Position numbers and translations under genes: made by a program. Of a stretch of DNA of 64,000 bases, positions 24,423 through 38,424 are shown one piece after another. The DNA lies in the NCBI RefSeq assembly GCF_018350175.1, contig NC_058368.1, positions 14,076,001 through 14,140,000 of the forward strand, given 5' to 3'. Below the pieces are notes generated by a model that saw only the letters and a program-made list of their open reading frames with translations, was not told the origin of the DNA and ran no database searches. Origin of the DNA: Felis catus. Its lineage: Eukaryota. Each line of letters starts with the position of its first letter. Within the stretch, counting starts at the first letter, position 1.

Positions 24423-26914
24423 GTAAGTACTTTGCTTCCATCTAGTGGTGTATTTTATAATTACCCGACAAGAGCATGTCCACAGTATTCTCTGCTCTAA
24501 ACATAAGGATTTTAACAAGACATGTTCACCTAAGGAAACTTTTTCCCTTTTCTTTCTCTTTCATCAGTGTTGCATTTCAGTTATGTGTGTTTATGAAAAT
24601 ACTAATCTGGCAATATTGATGAGTAATTTGAAGAAGAGCCATAACTATAAGTGACTTAATGTTATTTTCTATATACTGCCTATCTTTTCAAATATATAGT
24701 AAACTTAAAATTTTTATTCTGTAACTCTTGAAGTTCTAAATACAAATACATGGTTATTGTGTAAGTAGAGTCATAAATCTAAATTTAGAAAAAAAAACAT
24801 TATTAGTAATGCAGAATCTTACGTGAATTACTTGGAATATTATTTATAAACAATATTATTTTAAACTGTATATGGGAGTTTTATATTCCTGTTCTCTGAG
24901 ATGTAATCTTGAAGCCAGAAATTTGCTTTCAAAAGGGAACCAAACTGATGAATTCTTATTTAAAACTCAGGCACCTCGGATAGAAAAAATATAAATAACA
25001 TACCATTTTTAAGCTATCTGAACAGTTTCATAATCCTTAAAAACCTCAAAAAAATTTTTATAGACATATGGACTCTAATAGCATTTGCATCTCACTTTAT
25101 CTACTAGTTCAGCATTTTATTTAAAAATATATATAGCTGTTTTTCATTCTATATAAAACATTGAAATGTATTAATAAGTTTGAAAGGCATTTAATTATAT
25201 ATATTTAAAATATAGGTCAATGTTAACTTCATATTTTAATTGTAATGTTAAAAATCTCTGATTTCTATTAAAAAACCACATTCCATAGCTACTTGCTCAC
25301 ATAGGAAAGAATGTAGAACTCTGCCTCTCATATTGCCTGTGTTCCTGCCACCATATTGGAAACTAATCCATAGCTGGAAAAGTATGCTCTTTCCACAGAG
25401 AAACGTGTTTTTTGTTGTTGTTAAGATGTCTTTTACTTGGTGCGGCAGTGTTTCCAAATTAATCTCTGGCTTTATTTCATCATTAACCAGCTTTTCCTAC
25501 GTGATTACTTTTCTCTCTGTAGTTTTGTCAATAGCACCCCCCCCCCCCAAAGGAACATTGAAAGTTAAATATTGGCAGCAAAAGCTTGTATCCTGAACAT
25601 CTCTCCCCCCTCACAGGCACATACACTTTGATTTCATTCATGAATTTATTCAAGAAGTCTACAAAGGCAAACAGGCTAGTTCAAGAGGGAGTGCAGAACA
25701 GTTCATCATTATTAGAGCCTTAATTGAATTAGCAAGTAAGCAAGGAAATGGAGCCAGGAAGAAAAATAATTGACGGCATGTGAGGGATGTGGATATCCTG
25801 TGAGATTAATGTACCATCTCTTCTCTTTAATCTCTGATTTCCTCTGGTGATTTATACAAAATTCTGGTAAATTGGGAGTCATATATGATTTTCTAAATGC
25901 ATTCTAATATTGAGGCAAGAAGAGGTTTTTTTTTCCCCCTTCTACACATTCAAAGCTGAATAAATCAGTATTTTCTCCTGGCATTTTTTTTAATCATATA
26001 AAATTCTTTAATGTTTTCTAAGCAGTCATTTTTTGTCAAATTTTAAAAGGTTGTATTGAAATTCATTTTATAATATTTAAAAATTTTGTGCAGAACTGGA
26101 AATGATCTCTATATAAAATTAATAGTAGGTATTAAAATTTGTATAGGTTTGAAGTTTGCCTGTTTTTATTTTATAATGAATATATAATAAAGATATTGGC
26201 ATTTTGATAATTTCAAATTAATTCAAATTAATAATTTCAAAATTATTAGCTTTGTAGTTTGGATCACTATATTTTGCACTTTGAAACTGCTTATTGCTTA
26301 GACTGTTCATAACAGATTTAGGAAGTCATTCAATTGTAGAAATTTTTCTTCATTGTCTATTTCTCTATCTTTCTGTCAGTTTGGTCCATTAACTGATTGT
26401 ACCTATGCCTGGTTATACACCATAGCTGATTTTATGTTCTTTGAATAAATTGCTTCCTTAAAAGACCCATCCAGAACCTTTTCTCTCACTTGATGCTGGT
26501 AGAACTCTGATTGGTGCTGACTGCTGGGTATTGTTTTCTCTTACTTGATTGTGTAATATTCCTGGTAAAAATCGTAATGTAGTAGAGGGGGAGAGTTTGG
26601 AAAGAAGAGATTGAATGAAGAATAAAATTAGAACTGGATAGGGAGGTTTTTGGCTTAGATTTAAATGTAAAACTCCAAAAGAGAATTTTGGAAAGAATAA
26701 GTGAAAGAGGAAACATTGGCAGTGTACAGATTAGCAAAGGGAAACATTGTTATGTAGATGCCATTATAATTATAATTAATTTCAATCCTAGATATATAAA
26801 GAGAGAAACATTTGAAACTGGTGTTTAAGTGATCTCATGATTTTGTTTAGGTTGGTGTGATTTTAAAATGCATATATGCATAAATGAATGAATAAATATG
26901 AATAATGGTGGATG

Positions 26915-27142
26915 GCTGTGGCTAGCAAACTTTTTCTCTATGGGTCAGATGATAAATATTTTCAGTTTTGTGAGCTATATGGTATCTGTCTCAACTTCTC
27001 AACTCTGCTAGTGTTGTGCAAAAGACAGTTATATAAAGTTATATAAAGGAATAGGTACGGGTTTGTCTCAAGAAAAATTTATTTATAAAAAAAGGCAGTG
27101 GGACAGATTTACTTGTGTGTCATAGTTTACTGACTGCTGACT
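26915..27142. mobile_element. MER58A-like MITE
   Basis: ggctagcaaactttttt...gggtcagatgataaatattttcag...tatatggtatctgtc...caactctgc. Confidence 0.75.
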
Positions 27143-27639
27143 TAGAGCATAATCCTTACATAAAATTCATAAGTTTAACATAGTATAATGTTTCAGTATG
27201 AAAACTTTATTACTGACCATTGAAAATTCAGTAATTAGAGCTTAAGATAAACTCACCCTTTTCTATTAAATAAGAACTTAAATTTGACTTACTCAATATT
27301 TTTTAAAGTTTAATTTTTAGAGCAGTTTCATTGTATGTTGTGGTCCTTATGTTCTATTAGAAGATATATAATTTTCACACTCAGCCATACTAATTTTTTC
27401 TAGCATTTGACGTGTCTAATGTTAAAATTGTATTTAATTTTGAGAGGGTAAGTAGAATGCTAAATATTCTTCTTTTTTTATTTTACCAAGGTCAACAGTA
27501 ACACTAGTTGTAATTATTTCTACTAACAATGAACATGTGGACACAGAAATTAAATATACAAATATGAGATACTTAAATACACAAATATGAGGTACTCTCA
27601 AATATGAGCTATAACAATAAATATATGTTACCTTTACAT

Positions 27640-28045
27640 TAAAAACTATAAAAGACAGGTAAAAGCAATCAAAGATGGTCTAAATAAATGGAGACTATAC
27701 CATGTTTATGGGTTGGAGACTCAGCGTAACAGGGGTAACACTTGTCCCCAAATTGGTATTTACATGTATCGCAGTTACTATCAAAATCCCACCAATTTTT
27801 TTTGTAGATACAAAGACTATTTTTTACTTATTTATTTTTTTACAAACACTATTTTTTAAAAAAATTCACACGGAATAGTTAAAACAATTTTGAAAGACTC
27901 ATTATATATTAAATACAGTAGCCAAGACTGCGTAGTATCTTGGAAAGACATAGTTCAGTGGAACAGAACAAAAACACAGAGATAAACATCCAACATGCAC
28001 AATTTTTTTCCTCAGTCAAGGAAGGATAGCTTTTTCAAAAACAGG
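27640..28045 (+). mobile_element. Degenerate L1 ORF2 fragment
   Basis: ctaaataaatggagactataccatgtttatgggttggagactca...atcaaaatcccacca. Confidence 0.75.
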
Positions 28046-30047
28046 TTAATGCTAAGTTTTCTTTGTCATTCTCCATTGAAATAAATCATGATACAAAGTT
28101 CAACTCAGGAATATGTGTTTCCCATTTCTCACATAAAGATGGGTGTCATGATAACTATGGAAACTTCTCATTTTCATCGAACAGACTTGTTTCCCACCAT
28201 TAGTGAGATTCAGACACAATCTGAAATTAAGATTTGATATAAGATATATGGATTTTGGCATAAAATAAATGTGTATTTTAACCTGGGTTCTACCACTTCC
28301 TAGATGGGAACACACTCTCAATCTCTTATTTATGAAAATGTGTTAATTATACTTATCTAACAGGGGGTTTGTGGAAATTAGGGTAAGTAATATGTGTAAA
28401 GCTCAATAGTTGGGGAATGCTCCTAATGTTTCCTTCATTTAGTTGTTTTTGGAACTATTCAGAATTGTATCATGATAGAATAATTTTCTCATTTATAAAA
28501 TAATCCTGTCATATTCAGAATCCTAAAATAGGATATTTGAGACAAATTTATTCATGACGCGTGATTTATTTTGATGGCCAAAGATTAACATGATATAATC
28601 TTTTTGTCTGCTATCCCAATGGGATTAGCATAGTGGTGGTCTGTTTTCTGCCCTGCGATCTTATAGGAATATACTATTTCACACTAAGGATAACAGTTGT
28701 GTATTGCTGTGGCAGTATCATCACGTAAGAAAAGTTGAACTGTTTAGATAAATCTTACTTGTAAGCAAATATTTTAGTAGAAACTTTAAGGAAAAAGAAT
28801 CCTTACATCATATTTATATTATAGTGAACACCTTGAACTTAATATTCATTGAAGAAGCAGGACTTTTGGAATTTCAGTTTTGCCTAGGTTAACTATGTGG
28901 CATAAAAATAAATCACAAAAATAGTTTCAAGTCTCTAAATTAGATCGGTGGTTTTAACTTCAATAGTCACAGAAAAAATGTAAACCTTTTTTAGTATGTA
29001 GTTTGACCAATCTTTGGTTTTGGAAAAGGGCATTATTTTTGTTGTTGTTGATTTTTTTAGAGTTAATGTTTCTATGACTAGTCAATTGAATCCTCTCTTT
29101 CATTCTCTATACATTGTTAAGTTGGTCACGAATGAAAAAAAGGAGTTGTAGAAAAAAGAGAAGCAAAGAACATGGATCAATTACAAATTGCATAATCACT
29201 TCGTGATTTTCAGTTGATTATTTGGTCAGCCCTCCAGAACACTGAATGTTTAGAATTTAATTCAGTGTCTTGTATGGTTTCATTTTCTCTGTTAAGGAGA
29301 ATAACAGAGACTGATATTTCTGGCTTTCCTAATAGTTTCATAATAAAGAAAAAAGAAGAGTATTTTCTGTCAAAAAATGATGATAAGGTCTTGAATTTAG
29401 TTTACATTTAATTATCATTATCAGAATGTGTGGAAAAATTAGTAATTTTTCTTTTGTTTATCTCATACGTTAGTATTTTCAGAAGGCTTATATGCATTTT
29501 CCTATACAGTGTAACATGAAAATTGTGTATTTGAAATTTATGCTCACATATATTTGTTGTCAAAAATCAGAGAATAGGAACGGTTAATGACTTTTATTCC
29601 GAAACTTAATTCTAGCCAAACTTTTGGATATATTGAATATAATTCTTAGTTAATATTCTGAAACTTAGTGTACTATGTAATTAGCTTAGTTCACATGCAG
29701 GCCTCATTAGTGTATCTATCAGTTCTTTCTAGCAAGGGAAAGTGGTTTTTAAGTTATAATCACTACAGTATTTTATTCTTTAACTCCTGGAGATTTAGAT
29801 CTATAGGAAAAACTCCAAATATTAAAAAAAAAATTATAACATGATTCCTTAATGAAAATTCTGGAAAGTTGGTATAAATAGTTTATTTACTTAAATCATT
29901 GCTGCCTAAACCAGTACTGAGGTTAGGGCTTTTACAGAGATACCAAATTAGTTTATTTATTAAAATACCTTCTTAAGCATCACCTGGGAAAATATATTTA
30001 TTTTATAAAATAGAGTATGCATAATTTCTAGTATATGAACTGTACAT

Positions 30048-30093
30048 ATATATATATATTCATATATACTGGTATATATGAATATATATATAT
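30048..30093. repeat. Perfect 22-bp inverted repeat with a 2-nt spacer
   Basis: ATATATATATATTCATATATAC-TG-GTATATATGAATATATATATAT. Confidence 0.95.
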
Positions 30094-30344
30094 TATTTGG
30101 GCAGAGTTACTCTAATGAAAAAAATAAATATTAGTCTAAATATTTGATATTTAATCTTAATCATATGTAATTTATAAAAGAAATATCTCTTCTGAGAACT
30201 TTGCTTTTAATAAAATAATCAAATATAATTTTTAAATATATTATTTTGTGTTTCAATTTTACATTGTATTTTCATTTAATTTTAATAATTTCCTTTTCTT
30301 GTACTTTTTTGATCTGTTGTCTGTTTTGTCTAATGCATGTCCAG

Positions 30345-30353
30345 GGTTCTAAG
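30345..30353 (+). CDS. NBEA: NBEA 9-nt microexon GGT TCT AAG (Gly-Ser-Lys), phase 0->0
   Basis: Long U-rich tract then ...taatgcatgtccag|GGTTCTAAG|gttagt. It supplies the GSK that I recall lying between SAATSPT and TELENIE in mammalian neurobeachin, which neither flanking exon encodes. Confidence 0.9.
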
Positions 30354-32677
30354 GTTAGTATTACTTCAGTAATTTTCAGGTTTTCAGTTTTAAGTTTTAT
30401 TTTTGCTTATTTATGAAATTTTTGACTTGGTTGTATTTTGAGTTTCCATACCATCTTTAATATTAGACATATCTTTGGTATATTTAAAAGATTCATTAAA
30501 AGGATTTTTTTCTATGCATTGATTAACTACTATCTTATGACCCACAATAACCTTTAGACTAAACTATTATAATGAAAACAAATTTCAGTCATATGTACAA
30601 TCAGATGTTAATTGGTTCCGTTGAAAGGAGATTGGATGGAATATATGTTATTTTAAGATTCAATAATAATCATGTGAGTGATCTTTATTATTAAATATAT
30701 GTTATAATGTTTATATAACATTTCATCAAAGTCACTAATTATATAGATTTAATAAGAACTCCCTTTCTGGTTATTTGTGTTAAGAATGCTTTTTATTTTA
30801 AAATTTTATTTGGTTAGGTCAAAAATATAATTTTGCAAATTACATGGATGATAAAATTTTGTTTATAATTTCTGTATGTAATTCAGTCTTAAAAATGAAA
30901 GCATGTTTTGAAAGCTAGGCTTAGTAGACCAGGAAACCATGAAAATAAGACCATTAACTAATAATAATGAGTTAGATTTCTTATAATTTCAGTAATTCAA
31001 AATGACGAATTTCTTTGAGAATCCATCTATAGATGTCCTAGAATCCTAATATTTTTGAAAATTTATTTAGAATATTTGATAGACCTAAGCAATGGCCAGA
31101 TCTTCCATTCCATATTGAAACACATTAACTGAGATTTAAAATGGGTCTTATGTGAAATCATTACTTTTTTTTTTTTGCTTTTATTATAAACTATTGTATT
31201 GTGATCTCAGATTTTTAATTCCTGCTGTGAAATAATACTGTATATCAATGAAGTGCTAGGAAATACGGGATCTGTATTTAGGAAATCCAAGTAATCAATT
31301 ATTTCTTTACACCGTGGATACTGAGTTGGCACAGTGTAAATCAAGTTGAAAACAAATTTTTGTCTATTTTCTAGCTCATTTTAGAGAGAATGGTTTTAGA
31401 ACTATTTTGCTGTTAAATGGAAGGAAGAAAGGTTATTACATTTTATACTCCATTTAGAATCAACTTTAGTTATGTAGTGCTTGCAGTAGTCACCTATCAC
31501 TTTTATTACCCATCTTGTGCACAAGAAGTGTTTTAAGAGGTTTTGGTTTTTTTTTTTTTTTCCAATCAGTGTTTCCTGCTGACATTTCCATTTTAATGTG
31601 AGCAGGAATATGTTTAGGTAGAATGATGGGCATAAACAATGTCCAAATGGAACATTAAATAGGAGTAGATACCTATAATGTATGCTTACCTTGTAGTTGA
31701 ATTTATCATCTGGTGAAGAAATAAGGTTAACCAATGTGGTTAGTGTGCCCATTTTCAGAAAAATTAAGCAGTAGTATTTTTTACTTGTAAAGCCCTTCTT
31801 TTCTCTGTCCCCTTGTGGCACTGAGAAAATGAGGCCTAGTTATAATGAACCTTAATAATCAAAATGTTATATAATACAGAATGAAACGTAAAATACAGTA
31901 TGTTGCTGTTGCTTACAAAGTACACAGTTAACACATCTCAAAGTAGTACTTCGTAACATTCCCTTTGAAATCAGGAAATTATATTTTATCATAGTATTTT
32001 AATGAAAGTATAGTTGTACCTAACTAGGATTCTACTGATTCTTCTCATTGCTAATGTCTTATGGGCTACAAATTAATATCTGTAGAGGAATTAATAACTT
32101 TATTATTTTTACCCTAGAATTTCATTGTATGTATGAGATACCCAGTGGCTTAGTTTATTCTGAATGGGTAGGAAATTGTCATATGTTCTCATCTGACACT
32201 TGTCTCATTTTGAGGCCCACTGGAGCTGCCATACATCTTTCCTATTACTTATCTTACATTTATAGCAAAAAGAAATTAAAGCATATCTTTTTAAAAACAG
32301 GAGTGAAGATTTTAGGAAAGTATCCTTTTTATATCTTTGTTAATAAAATAAGACAAAAGTAGTAGAAATATAGATGTGTAATCATTTCTAAGTATCTTTA
32401 TGGAATGATCTTAAGTTTGGAATATAGTTTTCTCAAGTAATGACATTTAAGTTTAACCTTGATTTAAAAAATGAACTTTTCCTTTAAGGATAATTCACAG
32501 GCAAACTAATTAAATTTGATAACCAGCTCTTCTGATCTATAGAATTAGTTTATAATTTATAATTTGTTTTGTTTACAAAATGTACTAAATGTGCTGAACT
32601 GCTTACATATACTATGTGTGAATATGTATTGTATTTCCAAATTTTAAACAAGACTTAAATCTTCTACTTTTTTAAAG

Positions 32678-32858
32678 ACGGAATTGGAAAATATTGAAGT
32701 GACACAAGGCATGTCAGCTGAGACAGCAGTAACTTTCCTCAGCCGATTGATGGCTATGGTTGACGTACTTGTATTTGCCAGCTCTCTAAATTTTAGTGAG
32801 ATTGAAGCTGAAAAAAACATGTCTTCTGGAGGCTTAATGAGACAGTGCCTAAGGCTAG
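32678..32858 (+). CDS. NBEA: NBEA coding exon (181 nt, phase 0->1): [24 protein letters not shown]...[12 protein letters not shown]
   Basis: ttttaaag|ACG acceptor and TAG|gtaagt donor. Overlaps ORF 32684..32890. Confidence 0.97.
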
Positions 32859-33603
32859 GTAAGTCTGTTAAGAATAACGGTGCGTGTTAAATAATTACCT
32901 ACACATTACTTTTCTGATGTTCTGTGGTACATAAAGTATTGATGATACAAGTTAATGATTATGGAGTAGAGATATCACCTTGTAATTCCTAAAAATTGCT
33001 AAATTAAAATTATGGTATCTTCACATTGGAGATTTCATGAAATTGATCATCTTTAATAGATTATAATTTGAAATGAAGTCAAATATATTATGAGTTGTTT
33101 CAAAATCAATAGGACTATAACATTTTTCATTGAAATGATTGTAATGTGAATCCATTTAGGACTTGTTTTGGTAAACTAATACAAAGGTAGTTGTCCTGAT
33201 CCACAAATATGTCAGAAGACCAGTGACATAATTCGTATACACAGAATGCCAGTTGATAACACTGACTATGCCAATATCACTATTTCTCAGAGTGAGCAGT
33301 TAACACTGATAAACATTACTATAGGTATGCTGTTCATTTACTATCCTGTGTAGCAAAGAAAATTTAGCACTGAGAACTCTTAGTAAATGTGGTTCAACTC
33401 CTTACATCCATTCTTACATGTCTTACCTTTCTTAGGGAGGAAATTTATTTATACTACTTAGTCTTTACAAGGGACCAGAAAGCTATTGTTTTTATATTTG
33501 CCTTAAAGCATAAATAGGACACAAGAAAGTAAGGCATTACATAGGAAGGAAATTTCTGATGGATGCTTTTATTAACCATAATTTTAAAAATTGTATAAAA
33601 ATT

Positions 33604-33812
33604 GGGGCAGCTGGGTGGTTCAGTCGGTTGAGCATCCAACTCTTGATTTTGGCTCAGGTCATGATCCCAGGGTCGTGGGATTGAGCCCCATGTCCAGCTC
33701 TGCACTGAGCATGGAACCTGCTAGAGATTCTCTTTCTCTCCCTCTGCCCTTCTCCCTAGCTTGTAATTTCTGTCTCTCTAAAATAAAAAATAAATAATAA
33801 AATAAAATATAA
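33604..33812 (+). mobile_element. Can-SINE
   Basis: GGGGCAGCTGGGTGGTTCAG head and AATAAA-rich tail. Confidence 0.93.
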
Positions 33813-34294
33813 ACACAATACAATAAATCTATATGTGTATAGTTTCAGGGGATACATTTTTTCTGATCCAGGGTAGGAATAATAACTTGCTTTAAGAATG
33901 ATGGAATGAAACCTACTTTTTTGTTTGTTTTGCATTTTTTAAAGATGGGCAGTCTAAGTGGAATCATTTCATAATCATTATAATGGAGAGATTGACCACA
34001 CTGAGCTCTTTCTGACCCGTAACAGGTTCGGGATAATTTACTGTGGCCACCATGGACATATCCATTGATATTTAACAATAGCTGACAGAATGAACCTTGT
34101 GAGAAAGAGAAAAATTTTTAAATACCTAAGTATCTTAAAACCAGCATTTATTTGGTTTTTCTGAACTTTTATATCTGAATATATTTCAAACCTTTACTAC
34201 TAATTTCATTTTTATTCAGTATTTCCAAGCGGAGTTGTTTTTTGGTCACCCATAGGAAAGTTTAAGTGATTAATAATGAAGCAAACAGTTATAA

Positions 34295-34490
34295 ATCAAT
34301 ATGTGCTGTCTAGTTCTAAGCACTTTATACATATATTAATTCATTTAATCCTCACAGCTAAGGACGTTAGCATATTTGAAGTCATTTCACATATGAGGAA
34401 GCTGAGGCAGACGTAGTCTAAGCAGCTGGCCCAAGATCACACAGCTCACAGGTGGCAGAGCCAGGAATCAAATTCAAATGGTTGGAGTCC
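34295..34490 (-). mobile_element. MIR
   Basis: tcatttaatcctcaca...gaggaagctgaggcag...gcccaagatcacacagct. Confidence 0.8.
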
Positions 34491-35068
34491 ATGAATACGA
34501 CTGCTTAAAATACGTAAATAACTAAAAAGCTCGTACTCAACGAATACTTATTGAGAAGGCCGCACATGTTCCCACCGCGCAGAAAGGTAGATATTGGGCC
34601 TCGGTTCTGCCTCTACTGAGGTAGCCTATCACTGCCTAAAGCGGGAGCTGTGCTCAGTGGAGTCTCCAAGTAGTCATGTTACAGGAAGAAGTTCTGTCAG
34701 TAAAAACAGTTTATCCAATGTGAACACGAAGTTTCAAAAAATCTGTACTGATTTGTGAAATTCAGAATTTTAAAGGATGGGGGGGATAGACTAAGGAAGG
34801 GATAAATTGGGAGCTTCAGTAATCTTGTTTCTGCAGCCGGTTGGTAGTATGTGGGTATGTTGTACTTATTTTTTAACTACACATGTGTTTTATATTTATT
34901 TTTCATTACTGTATTTGATAATTTCAAAACATGTCTGTTTAGTCTTGTTGACTTTAGGAACAATGAATGGAGATAAGGGAAAGACATAAAGAAAAAAACC
35001 CAGCAACTCTTTTCAGCATGTCAGAGTCAACACTTTGTATTAATAATATGCTTTTGGTTTGTAAATAG

Positions 35069-35199
35069 TTTGTTGTGTTGCTGTGAGGAACTGTTTAGAA
35101 TGTCGGCAGAGACAGAGAGACAGGGGGAGCAAATCTTCCCATGGTGGCAGTAAACCTCAGGAAGCTCCCCAAAGTGTGACTGCCACGGCAGCTTCAAAG
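35069..35199 (+). CDS. NBEA: NBEA coding exon (131 nt, phase 1->0): VCCVAVRNCLECRQRQRDRGSKSSHGGSKPQEAPQSVTATAASK
   Basis: aaatag|TT acceptor and AAG|gtaatt donor. Hand translation keeps the frame. Confidence 0.95.
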
Positions 35200-35246
35200 G
35201 TAATTAAACGTTTTCTATGTTAAATATAATGTACCTTAAAGTTGTT

Positions 35247-35280
<34 letters not shown>

Positions 35281-36589
35281 TACGCGGGAAAAGTGGCATG
35301 GTATTGCTTAATCAAAGAGCAAGGATTTGGTTATCAGTAGGCTTTGGTGCTGGCTTTTCTTCTTCACAATTGTGTTACCAAGATTATTTAACCTCTCTGA
35401 GACTTAACACTTCTTGCTTAAATGAAGATACTAATCATTTCTACTTCATAGGATATTTATTAGGGTGTCAGTACACATAGCTCTGAAAGTTCTTAGTTAT
35501 CACTGTTTTTCATAGTTAAAGGTATTTTCACAGAGCTGAATATTTGAATAACATGTCTTTTAAATGGATATGTTTTTGGTGATAGATATTCTCATAATAT
35601 GAAATATATATGTTGAATACCCAGGAAATGAACGAATAGTGTATTTTGGAGTATACCAGTAATCCCCATTCTGAATTAGCTCTTTATCAATATGTTTCAC
35701 TGACCCTTTGTATCACATCCAGAGTTTTATCAACGTGACCTTTAAGGTCCTGCATGTCTGACTCATGCTTACGTCTCCAGCTGCAGCTTGTACTCCCTTA
35801 CCCCCTTGCTTTTACCGTTTTAGTCATGTGATAGACTTCATTTATTTCATCAGAGGATTTTTTTTCCCCTTAGACTTTTTCATAGGTTCCCTTTACTTGA
35901 AGGGTCAGATTTTTCAAATCTAGCTAAAGTCCATTCACCTCTAGCTTCAGCTTAAGTGCTACCCTTTGAGGAAAATGTTTTCATATACACTTACTGCCAC
36001 CCCTGCCTAGGGTAGTTTCCTCTGTTTGATATTTTCATAAAGCCCTGTATGTCAATTATTGCATCCTACGCTTGTAATGAGATATTTAACATTGACAAGC
36101 TAATTTTTCTGTGCAGTAAGTGAAGACATGAAGTAGTTTAATTCATTTAAATAGTTCTGTGCCTTCAAATTTCTGTATTTTTTAAGCAGAACAACCACAT
36201 ATTTAGCATATCTGTATTGCAGCCTCTTTTTCACTTCTGTCAGAAAACATTCCTAAAATGATTAGACCATATTGTATATCAAGTCTCCAAAGCAGTCGCC
36301 GTTACTTAGAAAATTAAATATTAACACATCAGCAAGAATGTCTCATGTTATTTGTGTAGGCATAGTAGACTGTTAGTTGAGGGCAGTCTCGTACATCTTT
36401 GTAATTCCAGAGCAGGTATGTATAACATTGGCAATACTTTGTCAAAAGAGTACTAATTCTAGAATCAGACAGGTCTGAGTTTGTATTCTAGCTCTACCCC
36501 ATAACAAGTGTTGTGACATAAGATGAACTTCCTAGTCTCCTGGGCCTGAGTTTTCCAGTCTTTAAAATGGATACAAATTTTAACTTTCT

Positions 36590-36952
36590 AATTTTAATTT
36601 TAATTTTTAGTTTACATCCAAGTTAGTTAGCATGTAGTACAATAATGATTTCAGTAGAATCCGATGATTCATTCCTTATGTATAACACCCAGTGCTCATC
36701 CCAACAAGCATCTTCCTTAATGTCCCTTGCCCACTTAGCCAACCCCCACCCGCAACCCCTCCAGCAACCCTCAGTTTGTTCTCTGTATTTAAGAGTCACT
36801 TATGTTTTGTCCCCTTCCTGCTTTTTGTATTATTTTTGCTTCCCTTCCCCTGTGTTCATCTGTTTTGTATGTTAATTCCACATATGAGTGAAGTCATATG
36901 ATATTTGTCCTTCTCTGACTAATTTTCACTTAGCATAATACCCTCTAGTTCC
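36590..36952 (-). mobile_element. 5'-truncated L1_Carn 3' end inserted into a MIR
   Basis: L1 3'-UTR motif. Degenerate TSD aaaatggatacaaattttaa / aaattggtacaaatcttaa. MIR sequence lies on both sides. Confidence 0.85.
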
Positions 36953-37580
36953 AAAAAATTGGTACAAATCTTAATTTACAAAGTGTTTATATGAGCTAAA
37001 TGAAAAGCAATAATGTATTAAAGTGTTTAGTAATTCCTGACACAGTGAACTTTCAATTAATACTAATCCCCTTCCTCTCTCTAGCAGTTAACCACTCTAT
37101 ACACTCGTGAAATGAATAAATAAATTAGTATTTTTGAGAGCTTTGATCTTAAAGGATCTTAATTCACTAGATAATATGGAGCTTTTCAAGACTGTCAAAT
37201 CAAATATTACTGTGATTGTAGAATATGGAAAGAAAAGTCCAATGCAAAGGAATTTCGTAGTAATTTAGTTGAGCTAGTCTCAACTAATGTAAAGACCCTT
37301 AGCAATGAAAACTGGTTCATAAGTGATGGATAAAGAAATACTAGGGGAAATGGACTTGGTAAGAAAACACATTTTCTTGTGAGAATCAATGGACCTGGCT
37401 AATGAGGGTTTTTATTTATTTATTTTTTTTATGTGACACTTTAGTAAGTAAACCATAGACAATTTTGATGAAATACTAATCTGTGTAGACTTGGGTGAGT
37501 CCAACATCTTCCTTGGGCCTCATTTTCTATACTTTGCAAAAAGGAGCAATAATACAAGTTTTGTCCATAAAGGAGTCTTT

Positions 37581-37802
37581 TTTTTTTAATTTTTTTTCAA
37601 TGTTTTTTATTTATTTTTGGGACAGAGAGAGACAGAGCATGAACGGGGGAGGGGCTGAGAGAGAGGGAGACACAGAATCGGAAACAGGCTCCAGGCTCCG
37701 AGCCATCAGCCCAGAGCCTGACGCCGGGCTCGAACTCAGGACTGCGAGATCGTGACCTGGCTGAAGTCTGACGCTTAACCGACTGCGCCACCCAGGCGCC
37801 CC
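37581..37802 (-). mobile_element. Young felid SINEC_Fc with 14-bp TSD
   Basis: TSD ATAAAGGAGTCTTT at 37567-37580 and 37804-37817. Confidence 0.97.
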
Positions 37803-38424
37803 TATAAAGGAGTCTTTATAACGACCAAATTTGATTATGGATGTAGAAATACTTTATAAAATGGAAAATGATACATTTAAGTTGACATATTTATAATTTT
37901 TTCACTTATGCTATAAATTATGTACTTTTCATCTCTGCTGTGAACAATGTGTTATTGTTTTAACCATTTTTGTGATAAGTGTTACTAGCTTATTATTTAG
38001 ATGATATAGCTGAGGCTCCGAGAGGTTAAGTATCTTACCTAAGGTCATATGGCTGATAAGTTTTAGAATTATAATGGAAACCAAATAACTATCCCATGTT
38101 CTTTTCACTATCCTGTGCTGCAGAGGAATCAAACATCTTAATTTAGGAATAAAATATCATATTGAAGTATATAGAGGATTAGAAGGAAGCGTATTCACTT
38201 TTAATTAAAGTAACAACAAATTATTCTATTTGCAGGAATCGTATTTAGTACTCTATGTATATGATCTAAGTTAATTCATACTTTTCTTAACATACAAATG
38301 AGTGTAAAAGTACTAGATTGAATTTCAGGAAATCTGGCCCTCTCACTAGTTTGCTATGTGATACATTACATAAAAATTGTCGGTTTTTGTATCTTCAGCT
38401 GTGAAAAGGATTCTTGGTGGTTAT

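Noticed and set aside
25523..25735. Possible 213-nt cryptic exon (ttctctctgtag ... CAA|gtaagc)
   Set aside because: It has a stop in the fourth codon and no other support, so it cannot be distinguished from a chance pseudo-exon.
34550..34670. Small GC/CpG-richer patch with a partial CTCF-like sequence (CTCAGTAGAGGCAG on the minus strand)
   Set aside because: The motif needs a gap to fit the consensus, and the patch is too short for a CpG island.
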